Assembly (NCBI GenBank): GCA_017889625.1
Contig: JAGGAD010000023.1
Coordinates: 238 to 64,237, forward strand
Length of the DNA: 64,000 bases
Direction: 5' to 3'
DNA from: Bacillota bacterium
GTDB lineage: Bacteria; Bacillota; Negativicutes; Sporomusales; CTSoil-080
Shown: positions 1 through 9,445 of the stretch, piece by piece
Numbering within the stretch: the stretch's first letter is position 1
How the letters are laid out: the number at the start of each line of letters is the position of its first letter
Program-made: the position numbers and the translations under genes
The notes under the pieces: model-generated
What the model was told of the DNA's origin: nothing
The model's database searches: none
What the model saw: only the letters and a program-made list of their open reading frames with translations

Positions 1-108
1 TGGCCTGCTTAGGTTGAGGGACTATTATTTATTTCGGTAGGAATATTATTAGTAAATGCAACATATACTGAAATGTTCTATAATTTTTAGCGGGATGGAG
101 GAAGGTTA

Positions 109-195
109 ATGCTATTAGCGTTTATCTATGGTCTAATTGTTTTGGGGGTATTGACAATAGGCATGGAAATTTATATATATCTTAAGTTGCCTTGA
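109..195 (+). CDS. 28-aa hydrophobic small protein (single TM), not in ORF track
   Basis: SD GGAGGAAGG before ATG 109; MLLAFIYGLIVLGVLTIGMEIYIYLKLP; followed by terminator hairpin. Confidence 0.55.
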   Translation: MLLAFIYGLIVLGVLTIGMEIYIYLKLP

Positions 196-216
196 AGGTT
201 TTTGCGAAAAAATCAG

Positions 217-254
217 AGCCCTTGACCGTTTTGAACTCGGTTGAGGGGTTTTTT
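217..254 (+). terminator. Intrinsic terminator
   Basis: gcccttgaccg / cggttgagggg stem followed by T tract. Confidence 0.6.
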
Positions 255-454
255 ATAGGCGGAGGTTAATGAATATACAAGAAGGAGAAAATGGAGTTGC
301 AGGGGAGTTTACAGCTAGGCTGAGAGCTGGCCGGCCTTTTTTTCATAATTCAAAAATGTGTTGATAATAGTACAATATTATTAACTAGTTGTAATAGTAT
401 GAGTCGTTATAATAGTTAGAATAAATGATTATTTATATTAATGGATAATAATTA

Positions 455-483
455 TTGACAATTACCCCCGCCTTTGGTATTAT
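455..483 (+). promoter_or_regulatory. SigA promoter with extended -10, overlapped upstream by a Fur-box-like site
   Basis: TTGACA(455)-17-TATTAT(478) with TG at 475-476; GATAATAATTATT at 444-456. Confidence 0.65.
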
Positions 484-510
484 TAAGTCAAGGAGAGGGG
501 GGATACGAAA

Positions 511-603
511 ATGAACAAGATTCTTGAGCTTATTGCAAGATATCCGGCAGTTGTGCCTTTCCCATTTATTTATGGAAACGCTAATAAAAACACCAAGAAG
601 TAA
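511..603 (+). CDS. 30-aa small protein, not in ORF track
   Basis: SD AGGAGAGGGGG; MNKILELIARYPAVVPFPFIYGNANKNTKK; own promoter and terminator. Confidence 0.6.
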   Translation: MNKILELIARYPAVVPFPFIYGNANKNTKK

Positions 604-646
604 TTGATAAGTAAGTTATAATAACTATTTATAGCAATTTTGTGGG

Positions 647-670
647 AACCGCTAATATGGCGGTTTTTTT
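647..670 (+). terminator. Intrinsic terminator
   Basis: aaccgcta-ata-tggcggtt then T tract. Confidence 0.7.
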
Positions 671-750
671 GTTGTTTTATAAAAAGTGGCTATATTATTG
701 TAATGAAAAATAGCTTCTATCAATAAATAGAAGCTATTTTTCTCTTACTA

Positions 751-936
751 TTATTTTTCTGACTTTTCAAATAAAGTGCTTTGGCATTTTTGAGCAAAGT
801 TAATTTGCTTAGTTAAAACTTTGATAATATTATCTGGTTCAGAATCACTTATGAAGTTATTAATTTGTTGAGTATGATAGCCTAAAGCAAGTAATTGTTT
901 TTTTAATTCTTCAATATGGTCGATATCGTCACGCAA
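751..936 (-). CDS. Small hypothetical protein (61 aa)
   Basis: TTG start with SD GAGGTG; helical charged sequence. Confidence 0.6.
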   Translation of the reverse strand: MRDDIDHIEELKKQLLALGYHTQQINNFISDSEPDNIIKVLTKQINFAQKCQSTLFEKSEK

Positions 937-1215
937 AAGATATCACCTCGCAATAAAGGTATTTTACATTTACTATATAATTACCATAATTTGTAATTGT
1001 ATTCCTGTCAAGGATGATATGTTTAAAAATAATTTAACATTCATGGGGCTGGTACCTACCTAGCGGGCTTGGGCAGTAAGGTTTTATATTTCCAATAATA
1101 GGAATAATAGCTATGAGTAGGACTATAGTAATAGGTTTTTGTAATGATTGGTTTAAAAAGGATTTTTCTCCCAGAAAGCGAACGGTTATAGCATAACCGA
1201 TTATGGAGGTAATTT

Positions 1216-2469
1216 ATGGATAATACGCAAATTGCTAGTGAAACCCTTGATAAGTATGAGAAGTATGTTAATCCGGCGGTAGCTCGTTTGTTTCGGTTTA
1301 TGGGGCTGTCGACAGTGGAATGGCAGGCTGAGGGGAGCATAATTCGGGATATTGATGGTCATGAGTATGTGGACTGCCTTGGCGGCTATGGGGTGTTTAG
1401 TTTGGGACATCGGCATCCTAAGGTGGTGGAGGCGGTTCATCGGCAGCTTGATTTGATGCCGCTTTCGAGTAAGGTGTTATTAGATAAACCGATGGCGGAT
1501 TTGGCTGAGTTGTTGGCACAGATTACGCCCGGGGATTTGACTTATAGTTTTATCGGCAATAGTGGGGCCGAGGCGGTGGAGGGGGCATTAAAGCTGGCCC
1601 GTCTTTATACTGGCCGGAAAAAGATGGTGGCGGCAGTTAATTCGTTTCATGGTAAAACTTTTGGGGCGTTAAGCGCTACGGGACGGGATTTGTTTCGGGA
1701 GCCGTTCCAGCCGTTGTTGAGCGGGTTTACGCATGTGCCGTTTGGCGATTCGCAGGCGGTGGAGGCCGCGGTGGATGAGGAAACGGCGGCGGTGATTTTG
1801 GAGCCGATCCAAGGGGAAGGTGGAATTATAGTCCCGCCGGAGGATTATCTCGGGGCGGCTAGGGCGGTGTGTGACCGCTATGGGGCGCTGTTGATTTGTG
1901 ATGAGGTTCAGACGGGGCTGGGGCGAACGGGCAAGATGTTTGCGGTTGATCATTATGGTATTGTGCCGGATATTATTACTACCGCCAAGGCTTTGGGGGG
2001 CGGGGTTATGCCGATTGGTGCGTTTACGGCGAGGCCGGCGGTGTGGCAGAAGTATATTGAGGCTCCGTTTTTACATACGTCGACGTTTGGGGGGAATCCG
2101 CTGGCTTGCGCGGCGGCGATTGCGGCGATCGGGGTTATCCGGGATGAAAATTTGGCTAGCCGTGCGGCTAGTACTGGGGAGTATCTTATTGGTGAGTTGA
2201 AAAAGTTGGCGGTTTATTATCCGGAGGTTATTAGTGAGGTACGGGGTCGGGGGCTGATGATTGGGATGGATTTAACTAAGGAGGGGGCTGGCGGCTTTTT
2301 AATGGCGGAGATGATTAATCAGGGTATTTTGGTAGCTTATACGTTGAATAATCCCAAGGTTATTCGGATTGAACCGCCACTTGCGATTGAAATGGTTTTG
2401 GTAGATAGGGTTATTGCCGCTTTTTCTGAGGCGGTCAAAAAGGCTGCGGAAATTATTGAGGATTTGTAG
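1216..2469 (+). CDS. patA: Class-III PLP aminotransferase, putrescine aminotransferase-like
   Basis: VEWQA, DCLGGYG, DEVQTGLGRTG, AKALGGG, PFLHTSTFGGNPLAC and TLNNPKVIRIEPPL match PatA as I recall it. Confidence 0.8.
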   Translation: MDNTQIASETLDKYEKYVNPAVARLFRFMGLSTVEWQAEGSIIRDIDGHEYVDCLGGYGVFSLGHRHPKVVEAVHRQLDLMPLSSKVLLDKPMADLAELLAQITPGDLTYSFIGNSGAEAVEGALKLARLYTGRKKMVAAVNSFHGKTFGALSATGRDLFREPFQPLLSGFTHVPFGDSQAVEAAVDEETAAVILEPIQGEGGIIVPPEDYLGAARAVCDRYGALLICDEVQTGLGRTGKMFAVDHYGIVPDIITTAKALGGGVMPIGAFTARPAVWQKYIEAPFLHTSTFGGNPLACAAAIAAIGVIRDENLASRAASTGEYLIGELKKLAVYYPEVISEVRGRGLMIGMDLTKEGAGGFLMAEMINQGILVAYTLNNPKVIRIEPPLAIEMVLVDRVIAAFSEAVKKAAEIIEDL

Positions 2470-2494
2470 ATTATTAGAAGGAGGGCTATTTTTA

Positions 2495-2932
2495 ATGCCA
2501 TATGTTGAAGCGGTTATGCCGGTGAATGCTTCGCCGGAGGAGATTTATCCTATTTTGAAAAGGATGGACTTGTATCCTGATTTTATGCCGGATCTTATTA
2601 GTGTCGAGGTTCTTGAGCGTAAGGATAATACGACGCTGACGAAGTGGGTTTCTAATGTTGATGGCCGGATTATCCGCTGGACGGAACGGGATGTTTTTGA
2701 TGATGAGCGGATGTATATTTCGTATCAGCAAACGGAGGGTGATTTAAAGAAGTTTGAGGGTGAATGGGTGCTGACACCGGTAGATGGGATGACGGAGATA
2801 AAGCTGACGGTTGATTTTGAATTTGGGATTCCGATGATCGCCGGGCTATTAAATCCGATTGCGAAAAAGAAAGTCCGAGTTAATAGCGAAAATATGTTAA
2901 AAGGGATAAAAGAACGGTTAGAGCAGCGTTAA
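2495..2932 (+). CDS. SRPBCC/START (polyketide cyclase/CoQ-binding) family protein
   Basis: SD GGAGG before ATG 2495; YPDFMP, EGDLKKFEGEW motifs. Confidence 0.8.
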   Translation: MPYVEAVMPVNASPEEIYPILKRMDLYPDFMPDLISVEVLERKDNTTLTKWVSNVDGRIIRWTERDVFDDERMYISYQQTEGDLKKFEGEWVLTPVDGMTEIKLTVDFEFGIPMIAGLLNPIAKKKVRVNSENMLKGIKERLEQR

Positions 2933-3076
2933 ATGGTGATTGCTAATTCAAAGTATTTTACTTATAATTAACTCATGGCATTGATAAGGAGTGGACACTA
3001 TCTAGAATATTTGTTGGCGCTAAAATAATATACTAAACTTAGGGCGTTGTGTTCTATCAAGTCAGGAGGAGAGTTT

Positions 3077-3937
3077 ATGAATTCGTTAAAGACAACTGTA
3101 TTATTGGCAGCACTTACGGGGCTTTTGCTGGCGATTGGCGCTTTTTTCGGCGGAACCAGAGGCATGAGCTTTATGTTGATTATATCGCTGGTGATGAATT
3201 TTGTTAGTTATTGGTATAGTGATAAGATTGTTTTGAGTATGTATAATGCCCGTGAGGTTTCGGCCCAGCAAGCGCCGGACATTATTCGGATGGTGTCGAC
3301 GCTGGCGCAGCGCGCGAAGATGCCGATGCCGAAGGTTTATATTGTGGAAACTGATTCGCCGAATGCTTTTGCAACGGGGCGTGATCCGGAGCATGCCGCG
3401 GTTGCAGTTACTACCGGAATTATGCGGGTGCTGAATTACGAGGAGTTGGAAGGGGTCGTTGCTCACGAACTTTCTCATATTAAAAATCGGGATACGTTGA
3501 TTAGTACGGTTGTGGCGTCGATTGCCGGGGTTATTACGATGATTGCTAATATTGCTCAGTGGGCAGCAATTTTCGGGATTGGCCGCAGTGATGATGAGGA
3601 AGGCGGCGGCTTTTTAGAGATGATCTTTCTGATTGTGCTGGCGCCAATTGCGGCGACGTTGATTCAACTGGGGATTTCCCGGGCTCGTGAGTACCAGGCT
3701 GATGAGTCTGGGGGCAAGATGTGCGGCAAACCTTTGGCGTTGGCGAGTGCGCTGGAAAAGATCAGTTATTATGCTAAGCATGCGACGATGCCGGAAGCTA
3801 CGCCATCGACTTCACATATGTTTATTGTTAATCCGTTAAGTGGCGCGGGCAGTTGGATAGCTGGGCTGTTTAGCACGCATCCGGCTACGGAAGAACGGGT
3901 GGCACGGCTCAAGGTATTGGCTCAACGTATCGGATAA
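3077..3937 (+). CDS. htpX: Zinc metalloprotease HtpX
   Basis: [26 protein letters not shown]; SD GGAGG before ATG 3077. Confidence 0.95.
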   Translation: MNSLKTTVLLAALTGLLLAIGAFFGGTRGMSFMLIISLVMNFVSYWYSDKIVLSMYNAREVSAQQAPDIIRMVSTLAQRAKMPMPKVYIVETDSPNAFATGRDPEHAAVAVTTGIMRVLNYEELEGVVAHELSHIKNRDTLISTVVASIAGVITMIANIAQWAAIFGIGRSDDEEGGGFLEMIFLIVLAPIAATLIQLGISRAREYQADESGGKMCGKPLALASALEKISYYAKHATMPEATPSTSHMFIVNPLSGAGSWIAGLFSTHPATEERVARLKVLAQRIG

Positions 3938-3940
3938 AAA

Positions 3941-3979
3941 AGAAATCACTCTGCTATTTGTTAGCGGGGTGATTTCTTT
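3941..3979 (+). terminator. Intrinsic terminator after htpX
   Basis: agaaatcactctgcta / tagcggggtgatttct stem. Confidence 0.7.
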
Positions 3980-4040
3980 GTGTTTGGTTGGCGCAGGAGG
4001 GATTAAAGAGCCAAGAATTAAGCGTTAAGGAGATTTGTAA

Positions 4041-4667
4041 ATGAAATACGAATGGAAAAAACAGGAAAGAAAGTTGTATCTTCCGAAACAAATACCGGAA
4101 GTTATTACCGTACCGAAACAAAAGTTTTTTATGTTAAAGGGAACAGGAAATCCAAATAGTGATGCTTTCGCGGAACGGATAGGGGTTCTTTATTCATTGG
4201 CTTATGCTGTTAGAATGATGCCTAAGCAGGGGTATACTCCTGAAGGATATTTTGAATACACCGTATATCCATTGGAAGGGTTATGGGATTTAACCGATGA
4301 AGGGAAAAAATCTGGAACGTTAAATAAAGATGAGTTATTATACACTATCATGATTAGACAACCCGATTTTGTCACAACGGATGTTGTGGATAAAGCATTT
4401 GAGATTGTAAGGAAAAAGAAGCCGAATCCGTTATTAGATGCGGTGATGTTTGATACGGTTGAGGACGGTTTATCGGTACAAATGCTTCATCTAGGTTCAT
4501 ATGATAATGAACCGCAGAGTTTTAAAATGATGAACGATTTTATCGCGAATAATAATCTTGAGAATAAATCGTGTAAACATCGAGAAATTTATCTTTCAGA
4601 CGCGAGAAAAGTTGAGACAGTTAAATTAAAAACCGTCCTGAGGTATATGGTTAGACCAATCGTGTAA
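4041..4667 (+). CDS. GyrI-like small-molecule binding domain protein
   Basis: KYEWKK..LYLPK, G.GNPN, VYPLEGLW, HLGSYD.E, HREIYLSD motifs. Confidence 0.85.
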   Translation: MKYEWKKQERKLYLPKQIPEVITVPKQKFFMLKGTGNPNSDAFAERIGVLYSLAYAVRMMPKQGYTPEGYFEYTVYPLEGLWDLTDEGKKSGTLNKDELLYTIMIRQPDFVTTDVVDKAFEIVRKKKPNPLLDAVMFDTVEDGLSVQMLHLGSYDNEPQSFKMMNDFIANNNLENKSCKHREIYLSDARKVETVKLKTVLRYMVRPIV

Positions 4668-4712
4668 GCACAGCATCAATTGCTGCGAACAGCGCCAAAT
4701 ATTTAAAAAAGC

Positions 4713-5402
4713 TTATGCTTTAAAGCGGTAGCCAATACCCCAGACGGTTTGGATATAACGCGGGTTTGCCGGATCTTCTTCGATTTTTTCGCGAAGTCGA
4801 TTAATATGAACGGTCACCGTAGCATTATCACCCAGGGCGTCAATCCCCCAAATCCGTTCATAAAGGGTTTCACGGTCAAACACGATGTCGGCATTTGTTA
4901 CTAAAAATAGTAACAGTTCATACTCTTTATTTTTCAATTCTCGTTCCCGACCTGTTACATAGACACGATGTGATTTAGTGTGGATACAAATAGGGCCAAT
5001 GTTTATTTCACCAGGCATTTCTTTACCGTTATCCTTGAGCCGCTGATACTGGGCTAGGTTTGATTTAACTCGCGCAACTAGCACGCTCGGAGAAAACGGT
5101 TTTTCAATATAATCATCTGCTCCCATTCCCAGGCCGCGTATCTTGTCAATGTCCTCCTGTAAGGCAGTTATCATCAGGATGGGAATATCAAGTTGCTTTC
5201 GTAAGGTTCGACAGACTGAAAAGCCATCCATTCCCGGCAACATCAAGTCCAATAAAATTAAATCAAAATTACCATGCAGAGCTTTCTCTAGGCCGGAAAG
5301 TCCGTCTGGGGCAATTTCAACGGTAAAGTGATCAATTTCTAAATAGTCCCGTTCAATCAGAGCAATAGCATTATCATCTTCAATAATTAATATTTTGCTC
5401 AT
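4713..5402 (-). CDS. OmpR-family response regulator
   Basis: EDD, LLDLMLP, KPF, winged helix VHINRLREKIE..P.YIQTVWGIGY. Confidence 0.95.
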   Translation of the reverse strand: MSKILIIEDDNAIALIERDYLEIDHFTVEIAPDGLSGLEKALHGNFDLILLDLMLPGMDGFSVCRTLRKQLDIPILMITALQEDIDKIRGLGMGADDYIEKPFSPSVLVARVKSNLAQYQRLKDNGKEMPGEINIGPICIHTKSHRVYVTGRERELKNKEYELLLFLVTNADIVFDRETLYERIWGIDALGDNATVTVHINRLREKIEEDPANPRYIQTVWGIGYRFKA

Positions 5403-6850
5403 ACTTTAGCCTCCTGTAGCGGCAATTTGATTTCAATTGTTAGACCTCCGTTCTTTCGATTTTTTGCTACGATTCTACCATCTAGCTGACTAACTATTTT
5501 GAAGACAATGGCCAGGCCTAGCCCACTGCCTTTATGGGGATTTTGGCGGGCCGGATCACTTCGATAAAAAGGATCAAAAATCCGCGAAAGCGATTCTTCT
5601 GGTACGCCAGGTCCGTCATCCGATAGCGTAAGTATCACATAAGCATTTTCTTGGTGCAAGGAAATAGTAAAGATGCCGACAGCCTTGTTCTTATATTTCA
5701 AGCTATTATCCAAAATATTTACTAGAATACGACGAAAGGAATTTGGATCGGCAAGCACCGCGACGGATAATAAATTTTTGACGGTTATTTCCAAGCCTTT
5801 TTCTTTGTATTCTCGACCGACCGCATTAATAAGAGTTTTGATCTCTGCTGCAAGATTCAGCACTTCAGGATGGTCCCAATTTTCACCGATCTCCATTTTG
5901 GAAAACAGAAAAATTTTTGCCACCATTTGATCAATATCGATGGCCTTTGTTTTGATTGTCTCTAGATAATTGCGCTGTGCCTCCGGTGTTCTGGCAACCC
6001 CTTCCAATAATCCTTCTACATAAGCACGGATAGCGGTCAGCGGGGAACGTAAATCATGGGAAATACCGGCTAATAGTTCTTTACGGCTTACCTCTTGTTG
6101 TTGCAGCAAAGCTACAGATTTCTTGAGACGTACTGCCATATCATTGAAATCTTCACAAACTGGTGCAAACTCATCTTTTCTATCATATTTAATGCTGTAT
6201 TCTAAATTCCCATCTCGGATCTGCCGCACACCATTTGTTAGGATATTCAGGGGTCGTTCAATTTTTTGAAATACAAACTTAATCAAAAATTTGTTTGTAA
6301 ATAAAACGGAAAGGAAAATACCAAAAATCAGGATTATTCCGCACAGTATTAACACTTTATGTCGTAAATGAGGCGAATCTTCTAGCTGTTGGCCTAAAAT
6401 ACTTATGCGATATAAGGTTCCGCTAATTTCTGTCTGATGAGCATAATAATTATGGCCATTACTAGTTACGATTCCTTCATTATTTAACGCCGCCATAGCA
6501 GCCAGCAACTGTGGATCATTTAAAGCTATTTCTTTGCCAAAATGATAGCGTTCTGCGTCTGAGGTGCTAATAATTAGAGAAAGTGAGCTTTGATCCAATA
6601 GTTTTTCCAGCAACTTAATTTGTTTGGCTTGTTCATTTGGATCGGTTGTATTCAAAAAGGTTTCGGTTATAGCGGCAATCTTTTGACTTGCATTATAAAA
6701 AGGTGGAGCATCCTTCAGGACAAGGCCGGTGCCATTTATCATAGTCAGCCAAACAATTTCAAGGCAGGCAACGGCAATAATGGCGGTGATTACCACCGGG
6801 ACAATAATCATAAGCGTATTAGAAATATAAAGCCGTTCTTTTATGGTCAT
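5399..6850 (-). CDS. HAMP sensor histidine kinase
   Basis: Two TMs, HAMP, SHDLRSPL H-box, NILDNSLKY, DDGPG, GSGLGL; ATG 6850 with SD. Confidence 0.95.
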   Translation of the reverse strand: MTIKERLYISNTLMIIVPVVITAIIAVACLEIVWLTMINGTGLVLKDAPPFYNASQKIAAITETFLNTTDPNEQAKQIKLLEKLLDQSSLSLIISTSDAERYHFGKEIALNDPQLLAAMAALNNEGIVTSNGHNYYAHQTEISGTLYRISILGQQLEDSPHLRHKVLILCGIILIFGIFLSVLFTNKFLIKFVFQKIERPLNILTNGVRQIRDGNLEYSIKYDRKDEFAPVCEDFNDMAVRLKKSVALLQQQEVSRKELLAGISHDLRSPLTAIRAYVEGLLEGVARTPEAQRNYLETIKTKAIDIDQMVAKIFLFSKMEIGENWDHPEVLNLAAEIKTLINAVGREYKEKGLEITVKNLLSVAVLADPNSFRRILVNILDNSLKYKNKAVGIFTISLHQENAYVILTLSDDGPGVPEESLSRIFDPFYRSDPARQNPHKGSGLGLAIVFKIVSQLDGRIVAKNRKNGGLTIEIKLPLQEAKV

Positions 6851-6964
6851 GCCATCCCTCAATTCTTATATGCAATTGTAATTAGTATAGCATAAAGCCG
6901 TATTGAAAAACGGAATGGAAATCTAACTATCAAGCTAGATGACCATTCCGTTTTAATTCAAAAT

Positions 6965-7762
6965 TTATTGATGAATAACCACTGCGCCATGGTTATTCTT
7001 AGCATGGTTGTCTTTAACTGTTAGATAGGCAACTAAAGCAATGATAGTAATTGTTAATACCAGGCTTATGGGGCCATTGCCTAATCCGAGACAGCCTTCA
7101 GTAGGAATCCAGAGCCAATCCGTAAATGAGGCACCAAGCGGGCGCGTCATTATATAGGCGAACCAGAATGCGAAAATGCTGTTCATACCAAACCATCGAT
7201 AGCCTATAGCCGGAATAGCAATTAAAATAGCAAAGAGGATTCCAGAAGCAAAAAATCCCAATTGTAGTGTGACTGCAGTAAAATCTCCTAAGGCCGTGCC
7301 AAGGGCAAAGGTATCCATTACTGTTAACCAGTAAAAAGCTTCACGACGCCAAGTATAAATGCTGTTTACAGATAGATTTCGCTCCAGCGCATACCAGACA
7401 ATAAAAATAACAACTTGGGTTATTACAAACCCAGCTGTCGAAACAACGAGCGGAATTCCTAATTCCTGATCTAAAATATCTGCAAACATTGTCCCAAAGA
7501 TGCTAACCATGACAACAGTTAACCAGTAGATCCATGGTACATATCGGCGGGCTGAAAACTGTAGTACCAAGGCAAATACCAGACAAATTGCTCCGAGGGT
7601 TGCCGCTAGCGGAAATGTTAGAAGATTATCGGAAAAATCAGCAACTACTTCGCCCATTCCCGTGGTTAATACTTTGATAATCCAGAATATAAGGGTTACT
7701 TCTGGCAGTTTGTTAAGGATTTTCGGTCTTTGATTTATAGTGTCGGATAAAGATTCCTTCAT
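6965..7762 (-). CDS. COG4705/DUF347-repeat membrane protein
   Basis: NKLPEVT..FWIIK..TTGMGE..AD, REAFYW, FW.AYI.TRPLGAS repeats; SD GGAGG before ATG 7762. Confidence 0.85.
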   Translation of the reverse strand: MKESLSDTINQRPKILNKLPEVTLIFWIIKVLTTGMGEVVADFSDNLLTFPLAATLGAICLVFALVLQFSARRYVPWIYWLTVVMVSIFGTMFADILDQELGIPLVVSTAGFVITQVVIFIVWYALERNLSVNSIYTWRREAFYWLTVMDTFALGTALGDFTAVTLQLGFFASGILFAILIAIPAIGYRWFGMNSIFAFWFAYIMTRPLGASFTDWLWIPTEGCLGLGNGPISLVLTITIIALVAYLTVKDNHAKNNHGAVVIHQ

Positions 7763-7831
7763 TGTGTTTCCTCCCCAATTTATAGTTTTTTTCGCTACAA
7801 GCTCTATAATAATTGATAAAAATTTACTTAG

Positions 7832-7861
7832 TATAAACTGAATATAAACTAAATATAAACT
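7832..7861 (-). promoter_or_regulatory. Triple direct repeat, candidate OmpR/PhoB-type binding site
   Basis: TATAAACT at 7832, 7843, 7854 (11-bp period) upstream of the DUF347 gene. Confidence 0.6.
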
Positions 7862-7980
7862 GTTACGCGCTTTTCCTTTCAAAGGAAAGTTGAAGTATAA
7901 TCGTCTATTCATTACAATTCCCTAAATAAGATATTGTCTTTTATGCTATCGATTAATGAGCGGATAAATAACTGCTGTGT

Positions 7981-8031
7981 AATTACAAAACCCAAGAAAT
8001 ACGGCTCCCGTATTCCTTGGGTTTTGTAATT
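7981..8031. terminator. Long inverted repeat, terminator of the flavoprotein gene
   Basis: aattacaaaacccaag / cttgggttttgtaatt. Confidence 0.7.
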
Positions 8032-8106
8032 TACAGGATAAAAATTTATTGGACATTAAAAATGAGCAATCATCTATCCATAGTATCGTTTGGAATGTTG
8101 TTATAC

Positions 8107-8889
8107 TTAGTTACCTTGACGAACCATAAAGTTTTTAATTTTATTTTGGATGATTTTTCTAAAAAACGATAATTTCAACATAGGCTTAACAAAATGCGGT
8201 AACTTTATAAGCTCCTGGTTTGCCTTTTTTTGCGTAGCTTTGTTGATTCGTCCCGATATAACAAGTTCTTCTCCGGCCTTGCGAAATGCAGCATAGATTT
8301 CGTTTAACAACGGATACTCTAAAAGCTTGGCATCATTTTTACCATATCCCGCAATTATTGCTGATTTTCGTATTAGGCTACCGATATAAGGCGCATCCAT
8401 GAAACGGGAATAAGTTTTGAAATAAGAGATTATGTTTTTATGGGTTTCAGTTTCTATATTGTCCTGACAAATCAAAGTTACAAAAGGCTTAGAACATATT
8501 GCTGTATCTATCTGATGAAAAAACAAACCGCTCTTGCTTATATTTAAGTCAGAGCAATTACTGGTAGACGGATATCGGTCAAGTAAGTTTAGCAATAAAC
8601 CGGACATGGTAAAAATATATACCGGTGTTCCAAAGATAATGATATCTGCCTGTCTCATCTTTTCATACACTGTTGCTACATCATCTATACCGTCGAAGAT
8701 ACATTTGAGATAATGGTCAGCCTTTTGACAGGTAAAGCATCCCGTACATCTTTTAATATTCAGTTCCGATAGAGTAACCGACTCGCATTCACCGCCTGCC
8801 CGGATTACCCCCTCAAACAATTTTTCAATCAAGAATTGTGTATAACCATTTTTCCCGCGTTGGCTTCCGTTGATCGCCAGAACTTTCAA
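8107..8889 (-). CDS. Flavodoxin-fold iron-sulfur flavoprotein / NADPH-dependent FMN reductase family
   Basis: INGSQR, CTGCFTC..C motif, GTPVY. Confidence 0.85.
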   Translation of the reverse strand: MKVLAINGSQRGKNGYTQFLIEKLFEGVIRAGGECESVTLSELNIKRCTGCFTCQKADHYLKCIFDGIDDVATVYEKMRQADIIIFGTPVYIFTMSGLLLNLLDRYPSTSNCSDLNISKSGLFFHQIDTAICSKPFVTLICQDNIETETHKNIISYFKTYSRFMDAPYIGSLIRKSAIIAGYGKNDAKLLEYPLLNEIYAAFRKAGEELVISGRINKATQKKANQELIKLPHFVKPMLKLSFFRKIIQNKIKNFMVRQGN

Positions 8890-9371
8890 CTCAACCAGCT
8901 CCGATCTGCTTGTTTTTTCTTTGTGATTAATAAGCTTATGCTTATTATAGTGAAGTTATGGAAGCTTTTCCAGAAACTTTACTGGTGTGACGAAAATTGT
9001 GCTGGCTTAGTTGTTAAAAAAAGGTCAGGCCTATGAAGAATAGCAATTATAGCAAAAAGCAATTGATACATAGTGTAGTTTTCTTGTAAATGCATCGCCA
9101 CAAGATACTCAATCGATAGAAAAGGCTAAAACCTGCATTCGAGCCTTAGGTAGTACTATCTAAAAAATGACCAGTGAGAGTGAGCTATCTGGTCATTTTT
9201 TATTAATATTTATAAGTAACGCCGAAATCTAACTCTTTAGCGGTGGCGCTCTAAGCTGGATATGGATAATTCAGCAGTGTAACCAATAGTTACAGAAATA
9301 TTATGGTTGAATTTATAGGTTGGTGAGAAGTTATTTATTGGATGTTGATTTTGTCCTCTATTTTTACTAAC

Positions 9372-9411
9372 TTCGACATTGTTCTGAAGGACTTGTCGAA
9401 AAGATGTCGAA
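9372..9411 (+). promoter_or_regulatory. Cluster of three Spo0A boxes
   Basis: TTCGACA 9372, TGTCGAA 9394, TGTCGAA 9405 (consensus TGNCGAA). Confidence 0.55.
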
Positions 9412-9445
9412 AACTAGTGCTAATATTCTACGTGGGGGGAAAAAA

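Noticed and set aside
1056-2200. Overlapping alternative-frame and antisense ORFs in the track (here and throughout the window)
   Set aside because: They are shadows of well-supported genes, with no SD or family motifs
9095-9202. Possible riboswitch/sRNA upstream of the MCP
   Set aside because: Only a short aaggct/agcctt hairpin and a terminator-like stem; no recognisable aptamer consensus
9200-9230. SigD/FliA promoter (GCCGAAAT) for the MCP
   Set aside because: The -35 TAAA is not at the expected spacing; similar weak matches near 36700-36750 were also not accepted
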